From Takakia lepidozioides (lineage: Eukaryota > Plantae > Bryophyta), in assembly GCA_030704615.1 (NCBI GenBank), contig CM060732.1:9238001-9302000 (forward strand): DNA of 64,000 nucleotides. Reading direction: 5' to 3'. The translations under genes and the position numbers were made by a program. Numbering within the stretch: position 1 is the first letter of the stretch; each line of letters starts with the position of its first letter. Positions 25,534 to 37,626 of this stretch are shown here, piece after piece. The notes beneath the pieces were generated by a model that saw nothing but the letters and a program-made list of their open reading frames with translations, did no database searches and had not been told where the DNA came from.

Positions 25534-26256
25534 TGTCGCGGCCCTTTGCCTTGAGGGGGGGGGGTCGGGTCGCAGAGGGGCTGCCCCTGTGGTGGGGGCG
25601 GTGGCAGCAATAGGTACGGGGGGCTGAAGCAACCTCGAGTGCCCAAAGCACTCGAGGAGGCGGAGACACTCACTAGGTGGAGCCCCGCACACCGGGTTGC
25701 GGTGGGGGTGGCTCCACAAGGGATGGTGTAGCTTAGTGGGACTTAGTGGGGTGGCATAGGACTCACCATAGGGGCGGAGACCTTGTGGTGGGAGTCGTGG
25801 GGAGTCTTGGGACTCATCACGGTCCAAGGGGACCGTGGTGGGTGGGCCAAGACTCACCGCAACTCATCACCGGGAATCGAGGGTTTTCGTGGTGGTTCGC
25901 CATAAAATGGTGGTGTTGTTTGTGAAACCCCCGCGGACAGTCACAGAAGTATATATAGGCAGTAGTAACCCCGAGAACGGTGCAAGCCCGTTGGTGTCCA
26001 AAAACTAGTGAGTAAGCGTGCGAGCCGGAAAGCGACCAAGGTGCAGGGAGCTATTCCGGACTGCCATCGACCAAAGGGAATTTCCACTAGGCCCAAATTG
26101 GGAGAGGGTCTAGTGGAGGAGTAAAGGGGGACCGTTATGCCCCGGTGAACAGCCGAAGCTCCGGGTTGGCCCGATGGCCAGTTTGGGAGTTAGGCGCGCG
26201 CATCAAGCGAGTAACTATGACTTGAGGGGGAGCTTACCGAAGTGAGGTGCGCGACA
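25534..26256 (+). repeat. 3' LTR of chromovirus
   Basis: Direct repeat of 19432-20156, followed by the TSD GCAAA. Confidence 0.95.
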
Positions 26257-27049
26257 GCAAACGAAAGTGGAGAAGTTGTTTTGAAATGTACCATTGAAGC
26301 CTTATTGGAATGTCTTGCAGAAGAACTGTGGACTCCCGCGGGCTTGGATTGACGAGGCGCCACAACATCCGAGGGAGTCCTCATGTGTTTGGAGTCCGTT
26401 TTTTTTTTTTTGTCAGCCTTTTGTCCGTTGGAAAGATTTCATGTAGAGGAAGGAAATGGCTCGGGGGCACTTTTTCGCATCTTTGGTGCAGAACATTGTG
26501 CCAGTAGTTCAGGGTCACGCTGTGTCGATGTTGGAGATGTTTTGCCATTGAATGACGGGAGGAGTGGAGGGGCAACAACAGGCAAGCACAGAAAATTGTC
26601 CCTTGAGCACTGGACATCCCAGCGTAGCTACGGCGTGAGCCCCGCCTCGTGAGCCTGGGAGCTGAGCTCACACTTGGCTAACGTGGTGTGAGCCCAGGCT
26701 CCCTCTACATGACGTGGCGTTCACGCCACGTAAGCACGAGCGTCCGCCATGTCAGCAGATGTCATAACACATTTGGCGAAAGATAAGATACCTATACCCG
26801 AGGGACCTATAAGCGTGGGAATACGCATTTACAGTATGTCGACTTATGCTGCATATTCCAAACAAACCGACAATGAAAAGAGACTAATTGACTGTAATGT
26901 TGTGTAGTCTGCCAACTGAAGCTGCATATTGCAAACAAACCGACACTGAAAAGAAACCCGTCTGGGTTCACTTCCCCTTCCCCTTTCCTTTTCTTCTCCC
27001 CTCACCTGCAGGTCCATTTTTATCTTTCGAAAGATTGTTCTGAGCCGGT

Positions 27050-27773
27050 GTACTTGTTAGGCAAAAAAAAAAAAATTGCGTGTGTGGGATGGGCAGCTGC
27101 AGAGAAAACGTGCACCGCAGATGCCCTGAAAACAGTGTGCGGCACCGCACACTGTTTTGAGGGCAACTCCATGGGAACGAGAAAAAAAAAAAAAAAAAAA
27201 CCGTGTGCGGAATGGGCAACTGCAAAAAAAACGTGCACCGCAGATGTCCTAAAAGTAGTGTGCGGCACCGCACACTACTTTCAGGGCAAAACGAAAAAAA
27301 CAAAACGTGTGTGGGATAGGCAGCTACAGAGAAAAAAAAACACCGTAGATGCCCTGAAAACAATGTGCGGTGCTGCACACTATTTTCCGGGCATCTGCGT
27401 GGAAACCAAGGAAAAAAAAAATGTGGGATGGGCATCTGCAGAGAAAACGTTCACCGCAGATGCCCGGGTTGAAAGGACATTCTCTCTCACTCACTATCTG
27501 CAAGCCCCACAGGCTTACACTCACTTACCCGTTCTTTTCTGTGCCAACCATACTTTCATGCTTTACGCCCTGCAAGCTTTCCTACAGCTATTCCAAACAA
27601 GGCCTTCTTGTTTGTCTGGGATGAAGAGAATTAGGGGAATGGAGGATATCAAGGTGAAGAGCACCACGATTCTACAGAAGCAGACAATTGCCACACCACA
27701 AGCGGTGCAGCTATTTTCCGGGCAGCTGCGAAGGAACGAAAAAACGAAAAAAAAAAAAAAAAAAAAATTAAAA
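27050..27773. repeat. ~120-bp tandem array with GTGTGCGGCACCGCACAC inverted-repeat core and poly-A spacers, interrupted by a gypsy extra-ORF fragment (27490-27715)
   Basis: Units GTGGGATGGGCAGCTGCAGAGAAAACGTGCACCGCAGATGCCCTGAAAACAGTGTGCGGCACCGCACACT at ~27080, 27200, 27310 and 27420. Confidence 0.7.
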
Positions 27774-28273
27774 NNNNNNNNNNNNNNNNNNNNNNNNNNN
27801 NNNNNNNNNNNNNNNNNNNNNNNNNNNNNNNNNNNNNNNNNNNNNNNNNNNNNNNNNNNNNNNNNNNNNNNNNNNNNNNNNNNNNNNNNNNNNNNNNNNN
27901 NNNNNNNNNNNNNNNNNNNNNNNNNNNNNNNNNNNNNNNNNNNNNNNNNNNNNNNNNNNNNNNNNNNNNNNNNNNNNNNNNNNNNNNNNNNNNNNNNNNN
28001 NNNNNNNNNNNNNNNNNNNNNNNNNNNNNNNNNNNNNNNNNNNNNNNNNNNNNNNNNNNNNNNNNNNNNNNNNNNNNNNNNNNNNNNNNNNNNNNNNNNN
28101 NNNNNNNNNNNNNNNNNNNNNNNNNNNNNNNNNNNNNNNNNNNNNNNNNNNNNNNNNNNNNNNNNNNNNNNNNNNNNNNNNNNNNNNNNNNNNNNNNNNN
28201 NNNNNNNNNNNNNNNNNNNNNNNNNNNNNNNNNNNNNNNNNNNNNNNNNNNNNNNNNNNNNNNNNNNNNNNNN
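27774..28273. other. Assembly gap (500 N)
   Basis: Run of exactly 500 N, typical of a fixed-size scaffolding gap. Confidence 0.99.
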
Positions 28274-31223
28274 CGCACTGGTGGAGGAGATGAAATATTA
28301 AAAGGTACTACCGTCAAAGTCCGCCATCTATTGTCGGGCCAACATTGCTCAAATAATTCTTGATTCTGACATACTTGATGCGCAAGAAAGAAGGAGATGG
28401 GAGTGTTTGACCAGAAACCACTGCAATGGAAGAGCAAGCCTCTTCAACAGTGAGGGTGGACTAGCAGGGCAACCCCGAGATTTAAGAGGCAGAGCCGGGA
28501 AAAATTGTAGTGGCGGATCCACTGGCTTCACGGATTCCGCATGATAATGTTTCCCAAGCTCATGTGCAGAGGGGCACAGCAGCACAGAGAAATGCTGTTT
28601 CTGGAAGCAGGACCTTCAGTGAGGGAGAGGAAGTACTTCACTTCACCACCATCACACCAGCTGATCGGCTTGGTCACAAGGTTACAAGTTGTCCATGCAG
28701 CTCAACCAGAAATAATTGATTTGGAATAGAAGGTTTAGATATTCCAACTACAGAACAGATAGTGGGCAGAAATGGAGAAAGGGGACCTTCTCTATGACTA
28801 TTCTGGTCTGGTCAAGGAGACAGAGATTCCAAGAGGTGCAACAGTTGCCCAAGAAAATCCTGAGGTGCCTATATACACACACCTGTGTCGGAGGTACCAC
28901 AGGTAGAAGGTCATGACACTGAAGCACCGGTGATAGATGAAGTGTTAGGAACTAATCCTGTGGGACAATGTCCTAGTGGTTCGTAGACTCACCCGGTTGA
29001 TGATCAGGAGGAACCAGCATCACAAAAAAAAAAAACCCCAACAGGAGGAACAAAAACTCAACCTCACCATGATGACCCTCAACAGGCAATGCTGATGAGT
29101 TCCATATGCAGGACACTTAATTGTTTGGGGACTTATGTCAAAACCCATGTTCCAACTACCCAATTGACACCTTGAGAGAGGAACTCAGAGGAGTTTGAGC
29201 TCGACGAGCCACTGAGTGTGCAAACAAGGTCGATGAATAGGTCACTCTCAAGATGCAGCAGGACTTGGGAAATACAGAAGCGGCTTTGCAATTGCCCAGG
29301 AACAATTGATTGAGGCAGGCCTCACGCAAGACCAGTTGCACGAAGCACATAAGCAACACTATACCAAATGCAGTGACAACATGAAAGCAAGTTGCAAGAA
29401 GTGAATGCACTACATACGGAGTTGCAGACTGCATGACAGGATGGCGATACAATGTGCGCATTCACAACTATGCTTGACCAATCTACAAAAGAAATAAACA
29501 GTCAAGCGGAAAAATGTACGAAGGCAGAAGAAGAGAATGTTGAACAAATGAAACTCATTGTCGATATGAATAATACAATCTGTCCAATAGAAATGAAATC
29601 GCGGTCAATAACAAGGCTTGGAGGGAAGCCAATAATCTACTGGCTGCTTATGCAATTTGGTTGAACCTCGTGCGAAGCGCATGGAGGCTTTACAACAGCA
29701 GTTAGAAGTGTACAAGCTAAGAGAGAGCAAACTCTCAGGGGAACCACAAGCAACTTGGTGGATAACAGCCTTATGCAGGTCTGTTAGCACAAGGGCCGGT
29801 AGAGGCAAAGCACCACGAAAGCTCACCCAAACGAGATGAATGAGCTCAGACTACAAGTGCAGAACATTGCCACAACTACTATAGACAATGTCTATAGTAG
29901 GATAGCAGAGTTACAGGAAGATGTAGACGGACTGCAGACTCAAGTGGAGGACCTCAATTCAAACATCGACAAAAGAGTCTATATCCCTCAGGAACAGCTA
30001 ATGGCTTCTATTTACAAGCCAGAACTTTGGCTTTTCAGTCTTCACAGGAGGTGCAGGAGATGCCAATGATACAAGAGCCAGTACCACAACACCACAACAA
30101 GTCACTGTACCCAGTAGCTGAACCTGTGTGTTACTACAACCACACCGCAGCCACCACAGCCTGAGGTATGGGGCAATGCTGCTTTTAACCCACCTAAAAC
30201 TCCAGCTGCAAGGGAGTACAGTAGGGCTATGATTATGCCCTTCACACCAAATTCCCATCATGTTGATTTGGCTTGGAAAGAATTTAGTCCTCCGCAGTCA
30301 TTCGCACATTACTACCAAATCATGCGTATTTGGCTGCCAGTGGCAACTAGGACTAAAGTTCTTCCGAACAATCGACATATGAAGATCATCACTTTGCACA
30401 ATACTGACACGAGGCAGGTACCATGTTGAGGGAATTGATTGCTTTCCAGGTTGTACATGGACTCATTTATACCAAGACCAAGGAGGTAGCAAGTATTGTC
30501 ATGGGATGCGGTTTATACTACGCTGCTTGTTTTTCTAGTACGTTATCACATTGAGCAACAAAAGATGCAAGCACGCTTTCTGAGTTATTCCAATGGGGAT
30601 CATTGGGTATTACCTTCGGTGCCACCTCATATGTACCTATATGACGCAAAAGTTATGATGCAAAAGGATTCTCAAAGTCGTTTATGGTTTCAAGCGGTCT
30701 GGAACAATTTGTCAACACAGAAATTTGGCATTGATGATATTTTCTACAAGGACATGTGGCATGGAATACTTGCACGTTTGCACCAGTATTGGTACCCCAC
30801 TCAACTGGACAGACAAGGAGCTCAGTGTCTACACCAATTTGCTGTTCAGCGGTACACCAAGTTGTAAATATAAACTTCCAGACATGGTAGGACAGCATTG
30901 TATGCCCCAGAGGATTCCACAAAAAGTTCGAAAATTAAAACACCTGAGAGGCGATGAGGATTCTGATACAACTGTTTCTTCACCGAATTCTTTTGACATG
31001 GGAGAAGACTATGCAATTTAGATGGCAGAGAAGAAGCGACGGGGGTCTCCTATGCCTGAAAGGTTACCTCGATATCAGCCTCCAGAGGGCCTCACTTATC
31101 CAGGTGGTGTTCAACCATCTCCATCAAACAGAGACAGACCTCGGGCTCGTACACACAGTCCGCCACGAAACTCTCAACGTCAGAAAGGTGCTCACTCACA
31201 AAGGTTCTAATCGCAATCAGTAA
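28274..31223 (+). pseudogene. Gypsy family-B extra ORF (eORF), copy A, heavily frameshifted
   Basis: Colinear with 38160-38780, 32300-33350 and the reverse complement of 46718-48335. It ends just before the PPT GAGGGGGGAAGGGGTAA (31245-31261). Confidence 0.85.
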
Positions 31224-31261
31224 ACCGTGAGGACACGGCTTTTTGAGGGGGGAAGGGGTAA

Positions 31262-32290
31262 TGTTAGAGGACTGTCTGGGACTTAGACACTTATACGGGA
31301 TCTATAGGGTACCCTTAATTTTTGGCACAGACTGAGACCAACAGGAGCCTTAGGGATGACAGCAGTGCACTGTAGAGGGGGGTTACACAGCCCGTCACAG
31401 CCAACACAGCCGTCACAGTCGTCACAGCCGACACAGCCAACACAGCCCGTCACAGTCATCACAACCGACACAGCCAACACGCCGCGTCACAGTCGTCACA
31501 GTCGTCACAGCCGACACAGCCAACACAGCCGTCACAGCCGACACAGCCGACACAGCCAACACAGCCCGTCACAGCAGACACAGCCACACAGCCAGTCACA
31601 GCCCGTCACAGTTTCACACAGCCAGTCACAGCTTGACACAGCTGTCACGACCATAGGGAACGAGAGCAGGACAGGGAACGACTGTGGGGAACAAACCTGC
31701 AAATGGAACATGTTAGTTCACGGACGACGGTTAGTGAGGGAAACGGTTAGAGCCACGTGTAGGAGGATAAAGCGAGAAGCAAGGACGGAGGAGGGGCTTT
31801 TTGGGCGAGGGAAGCACTTCACGGGAGAGGACTTCTTGGTCATGCAGGAGAGGGGATCCGGCAGAGATAAAGAACGGAAGTGAAGATAGAGAGATGATGA
31901 GTAGATGCTTGTTATATGCAAAGCTGTAGTGATATTGTAGAGCAGATTAGAGACACAATGGCTTCGGCCTGATACCTGATAAATCATAATCGGATACTTT
32001 TACGATACAATCACACTGTGTAGAGAGATCTGAGTGAAGCTGTGGAATGAATGGATGAGTTGATGGAATCCAATAGATTGATAAAACAAACTGATACTTA
32101 ATTATCAATGGTAAGGTAGCTAACATGAATGCCAAAAGGGAAACAAATAGGAAACACCCCCATGATACACTAGCTGTAGGTCATGACTGATTGTTCTGCG
32201 CGGGCTGAGTACTTAGAGATTTCCAACTCTTCTATCTTGGAGTTTCCGCCTCGAATAGCAAAGGGATGGGTGAGTAAAAGCCGCGTGACA
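31262..32290 (+). repeat. Family-B 3' LTR with internal (GTCACAGCC/GACACAGCC)n microsatellite-like array
   Basis: TGTTAGAGG...GCGTGACA, preceded by a PPT. Homologous to 35436-36489 and 45627-46678 (reverse strand). Confidence 0.88.
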
Positions 32291-33350
32291 GTGAGGCATC
32301 ACACTGTCGAGGATCAGGAAGAACAGCAGCAAGCTCACCATGATGACCCTCAGCAGGCCATGCTTATGAGTTCCATAAGCAAAACACTTAATTTGTTGGG
32401 CACTTATGTGAAATCCCATGTTCCATCTACCCAATTGGCAGCTTTGAGGGAGGAACTCAGGAAGGAGTTTGAGGCTCGACTTGCCACTGAGTGTGCAAAC
32501 AAGGTCGATGAGGAGGTCAATCTCAAGTTACAGCAAGAGTTAGAGGACACAAAGGCTGCTTTGCAGTTGGCCAAGGGACATTTGATTGAAGCAGGCCTCA
32601 CGCAGGACCAGTTGCACGAAGCACACAAACAACAGTTATACCAAATGCAGATGAAGCATGAGGGCAAGTTGCAAGAAGTGAATGCACTACATACAGAGTT
32701 GCAGGCAGTACATGAGAGGATGACCATACAATGTGCTACACTCACAACTACTCTTGAACAAACTGCATTAGAAGTTAACAGACAAGGGGAGAGATGTATG
32801 AAGGCAGAGGCAGAGATAATCGAGCAGGCAAAACTCATTGTTGATATGAAGAATACAATCTGTCGCAATGAGAATACTTTCAAGCAATACAGACAGGTTG
32901 AGGCTGACCAAGAGAAGTGCATCCTGGAGTTGCAACAAACAATCATGGTCAATAGAAATGAACTCTCTGTGGCTAACAAGGCTTGGAAGGAAGCCAATAA
33001 TCTGGCTGCTGCCTATGCGAGTTTGGTTGAATCTCATGCGAAGCGCATGGAGGCTTTACAGCAGCAATTAGATGTGTACAGGCTCACCGAGGAGCAGACT
33101 CTTAGGGGTGCCACACACGAGTTGGTGGATAACCACCTTATGCACAGCACAAGGGCCGGTGGAAGGCAAAGCACCACGGAAGCTCACCCAGGGCGAGATG
33201 AATGAGCTCAGACTGCAGGTGCAGAACATTGCCACAACTACTATAGACAATGTCTATAGTAGGATAGCGGAGCTACGGGAGGATGTAGAAGGCCTGCAGA
33301 CTCAAGTGGATGACCTGAGTTCAAATATTGACAAGAGAGTCTTTGTACCT
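32291..33350 (+). pseudogene. Family-B eORF central coiled-coil segment (target of the upstream insertion)
   Basis: HHDDPQQAMLMSSISKTLNLLGTYVKSHVP..LREELRKEFEARLATEC...LQQQLDVYRL...ELRLQVQNIATTTIDNVYSRIAELREDVEGLQTQV. Heptad-rich and mostly open frame. Confidence 0.85.
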
Positions 33351-33535
33351 GGTAAGGTAAATTGATAACATGAAGGCAATAAGGAATACAAATAGGAAGC
33401 ACAACCATGATTCACTAGATGCAGGTCATGACTAATTGTTCTGAGCGGGCTGAGTGCTTAGAGATATCCAACTCTTCTATCTTGGAGTTTCCACCTTGGA
33501 TAGCGAAGGGATGGGTGAGTAAAAGTCGCTCGACA
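33351..33535 (+). repeat. 3' part of a family-B LTR
   Basis: Matches 32110-32290 and ends ...GAGTAAAAGTCGCTCGACA. Confidence 0.85.
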
Positions 33536-35435
33536 GCAAGGTTTCCTAATAATCATTTCCTAACCTGGAATGGCCTTAGTACAGCATTCCGAAACATGTT
33601 CAGGACAAGCAAAACTGAGGATGAAGTATATGGGAGTTTACAATAGTTAAGGCAAAAGAAGCATGAAACTGTTGAAGAATATATGGAGAAAATGGAGTTA
33701 ATGATGAAAAAGTTGGCTGCTGTACTAGCACCAGGATTACAGAAGACTTGGTTTGTGAGTGGACTAAGACCTGAATTACAAAAAAAAATGGATATGCTAC
33801 CTTATAATACAGTGGAGGAGGCATTCGAAACAGCCAACAGAATGGAGCAATTGGGAATACTCAGGAGAGATAAAAGGGAAGATGAGGACTCTGAAGATGA
33901 GTCAGATGAGGAAGAAGGGCAAGAGCTCAGGAGGAAGAGCAAGAAGAAGGAAAAGTTGAAGAGGGACAACTATGAGAAAAGACTGGAAGAAATCTTGAAA
34001 AAGTACACCACAGAGGCTGCAACACATTGGAGGAAGGGTGTTTGGTGTGCAAAGTGCCAAAATGAAGGCCATACCACAGCTGAATCTCACATGAAGGAGA
34101 AACATTGTACTATCTGTAAAATGGATAACCATTCTACTGAGAATTGTTATTACAATAGAAGGACGGCTACAAGAGAACCTAGGCAAGTGAGGGTGCATCA
34201 AGTGCAACCCCAACCAAGAAGAAACAATGACCAGGACCACTATGGTAGGCCTGGTGGATATAACAATGGTATGGCAGAAAGAGGTAATCCAAGAGGGAAT
34301 TACCAAGGCAATCCCAGAGGAACCTATTAGGGTAATCCAAGGGGGAATTACCAGCCAGGAAATCAGGATTATAGAAATAATCCCAGAATAGACCAAGGGT
34401 GAGGACCCAATGGTGAAGAACTGTGTTACTATTGTAACCAGGCAGGACATCGCAAAACAGCTTGTCCATTCTGGATCAGACACCAGAATGAGATGAGAGC
34501 TCCTGTGAATGAAGGCCCAATAGTGGCAACTCACATCGTTATGCCATATTTTGTACCAGAAGTAAGTACAATGATAGTTACCAGAAGCAAAACTAAACTA
34601 TTACCTCGAGTGGATGAGGAAGAAGATGTTAATGAAGATGGCAGTGATGTGCCTGAAGATGGTGAGGCTTGGAGAGATGAGAAGGAACTGCAGAAGGAAG
34701 TGGCTGATACCATAAGGAAAATGTACAAGGATACTGATATCCCTATAGCAGATTCTTCTGACTCTGAAAGAGAAGATGAAGAAGGTGAAGATGAAGTGAA
34801 GCAAGAGGCTTCACAGGTGCAGGATAATGAAGGGGATTTGGCGGAAGTAATATGCCAATCCAAAGCTGAGATTACAATTGGGCAGCTATTGGCTGTGGCA
34901 CCCTATTGTAGACACAGGCTGTATCAAGCAATCAATTAGATTGCTCATGTGACAGAGAATACAGACCTGAACAGCAAGGTGACAAGTTATAATGTGAAAC
35001 CTGAAGGGCCAGAAACTGTCATGGACTATGATGATTCCATGCCAGTAATCCAATTGAGAATTGGAAGTACAGACCTGACTGATATACTTATAGAAAGAGG
35101 CTCGGGAGTGAATATCATGACAGACCAATTAAGGCAGAAGCTTGGACTGAGTAACATGAAACCAGCCCCATTCACAGTAACAATGGCAGATCAAATGAGT
35201 GTACAGCCATTGGGCTTGATAAGAGGAGTAAAGATACAAATTCAGAAAATGATCTTTAAGATCACAGTGACTGTATTGAAAATGGATGATGTCATGGAAG
35301 CTTACTCCTTATTGCTGGGTCGACCATGGCTGAAACAGGCCAGGGTATTCCATGACTCGAATTCCCAGTTACTAACTGTGTATGATGGGAAGCACAAGAT
35401 ACAGATCACCACTAAGAAATCTGGTAGGCTACCTG
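33536..35435 (+). pseudogene. Non-chromovirus gypsy gag (three zinc knuckles) + protease fragment
   Basis: TWNGLSTAF..LRQKKHETVEEYMEK..WFVSGLRPELQ; CAKCQNEGH, CTICKMDNHSTENC, CYYCNQAGHRKTAC; degenerate DxG protease (LIERGSGVNIM...LLLGRPWL). One reading frame with stops. Confidence 0.88.
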
Positions 35436-37457
35436 TGTCGAACGGCTTTTACTCACCCATCGCTTCGCTAGCCGAGGTGGAAACTCCAAGATAGAAGAGT
35501 TGGATATCTCTAAGCACTCAGCCCGCTCAGTACAATCAGTCATGACCTGCAGCTAGTGAATCATGGTTGTGCTTCCCATTTGTATTCCTTCTTGCCTTCA
35601 TGTTATCAATTTACCTTATCTGATACTGAAGCATCAGATTGCTTCAGTATCTACTTAGTTCCAGTTTATCATGCATTCGTTTCACAGCTTCACTCATGTC
35701 TCTCTACACAGTGTGCTTGTATCGAATAAGTATCAGATTACGATTTATCGGGTACTAGGCCAATGTCAAAATGACTCTAATCCGCCCTACAGTATCACTA
35801 CAGCTCTGCATGAAATAAACCTCCATCAAGTCATCATCTCCTCTTCTGTGTAATCATCATCCCTGTGCTCCAAGATCGTGCCCTCCGTCTGACCTTCTCC
35901 CCTGATGTCTAAGAAGTGATCCAAGAAGTGATCCCCCAGAAGTCCCCGCTCTCCACTTTATCTACCTACAAGCTGTTCTAATCGCATTGCAAACTAACCG
36001 TCACCCCTGAAGTAACATATTCCCTCTACAGATGTCGTTCCCACATAGTCGTTCCCTGTCCATGTTAACCGTTCCCCCTGTACTGTGACAACTATGCAAA
36101 ACTGCGTTGGGCTGTGTGAAGCTGTGACGGGCTGTGACTGGCTGTGATTGGCTGTGATGGACTGTGACGGACTGTGACGGCTGTGACGGCTGTGTCGGCT
36201 GTGTCGGGTTGTGTTGGCTGTGACTGGCTGTGATTGGCTGTGACGGACTGTGACGACTGTGACGGCTGTGCCGGGCTGTGACTGGTTGTGTCGGATGTGT
36301 CGGGCTGTGTTGGCTGTGACGGCTGTGTCAGGCTGTGTAAAGCTGTGGCGGGCTGTGTCGGGCTGTGTAACCCCCCCCTAAAGTGCGTTGCTGTCACCCC
36401 TAAGGCTCCTGTTGGTCTCAGTCTGCGCAAAAATTAAGGGTCCCCCACAGAACCCGTAAAAGCGTCTAAGTCCAAGCAGCCCTCTAACATTTACCCCTCC
36501 CCTCTCTAAAAAGCCGTGTCCTCACGGTTTACTGTTTGGGATTAGCAAACCTTTGTGAGCGAGCACCCTTCTGACGGTGAGAGTCTCGTGAAGGACTCCG
36601 TGTGCGAGCCCGAGTCCTGTCACTGGTTGACGGAGATGATTGAGCACTACCTGGAAATGTCAGTCCCTCCTTTGGCTGATATCGTGGTAACCTCTCAGGC
36701 ATAAGAGATCCCCGCCGTTTCTTCTCTGCCATCTGAATTGTGTAGTTCTCTGCCATGTCAAAAGATTCCGCTGAAGAAACAGTAGTATCAGAGTCTTCGT
36801 CGCCCCTCAGGTGTTTTAACGGTCGAACTCTAACTAGAATCCGTTGGGGCATACAATGTGGTCCCACCATGTTTGGAAGTTTACACTGTACAACCTGCTG
36901 TAAGCTCTTAATGGAAAAATTGGTGAACACCCTGAACTCCTTGTCCGTATAGGTGAGTGGTGTGCCAATGACTTGGGAACAGTGCAAGTATTTCCATGCC
37001 TCATGGCCCTTAAGGAAAATATCGTCTAGGCCATTTTTGTGTGTCAAATTGTCAATTTGTTCCAAGCCGAATGAAACATGAACGAAGTTGGGAATCCTTC
37101 TGCATCATAACCTTTGCATCATATAGGTACATATGAGGTGGCACTGAAGGTAAGACCCAATGATCCCCACTGGAATAACTCAGAAATCGCGATTGCATCT
37201 TCTGCTGCTCAATGTGATAACGTGCCAAAAAACAAGCAGCATAGTATAATCCACAGCCCATGACAATACTTGCTACCTCCTTGTCTTGGTATAAATGTAC
37301 CCATGTACAACTTGTAAGGCAATTAATTCCTTCAACATGGTACTTGCTTCAGATCAGTACCTCGCAAAGTGATGATCCTCAATGGGTCGATTGTTTAGAA
37401 GAACCTTGTCCTAGTTGCCACCGGCAGCCAAATGCGCATGATCTGGTAGTAATGTGC
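35436..37457 (-). mobile_element. Family-B element 3' end: 3' LTR 35436-36489, PPT, eORF C-terminus 36529-37457
   Basis: The minus strand reads TGTTAGAGG...TTCGACA. The PPT reverse complement TTTACCCCTCCCCTCTC is at 36490. The eORF is nearly identical to 46718-47645. Confidence 0.9.
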
Positions 37458-37626
37458 GGAGAGTACATTTTCTCTAAATTGATACTTGCAAGCCCCACAG
37501 GCTTACAAGCACTTACCCATTTAATTTTGCGCCAACCATACTTTTATGTTTTGTGCCCTGCAGGCGTTTCTTCAGTTGTTGCAACCAAAACCTTTCTGTT
37601 TGTCTAGAATAAAGAGAGTGAGAGGA

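Larger units (their letters stand above)
19432..26256 (+). mobile_element. Full-length Ty3/gypsy chromovirus (Galadriel-like), degenerate coding region
   Basis: LTRs at 19432-20156 and 25534-26256 (TGTCGCG...CGCGACA, ~97-98% identical by eye). 5-bp TSD GCAAA at 19427-19431 and 26257-26261. PBS TGGTATCAGAGC at 20159-20170. PPT-like GGTAGGGGTGTG before the 3' LTR. Confidence 0.96.

Noticed and set aside
27048-28437. 417-aa and 262-aa ORFs
   Set aside because: Artefacts of reading through the 500-N gap and repeat arrays.
28274-31223. Dense frameshifts as evidence of programmed recoding or great age
   Set aside because: The region directly follows a scaffold gap, so low-coverage indel errors or simple decay explain it.
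31356-31883. His/Ser/Gln-rich ORFs (also 36092-36430 and 46181-46618)
   Set aside because: Translations of the 9-bp LTR microsatellite, which lacks stops. There is no evidence of coding function.
32183-32290. N-terminal MTDCSARAEYLE.. segment of the 340-aa ORF as part of the eORF
   Set aside because: It is LTR sequence fortuitously in frame with the interrupted eORF.
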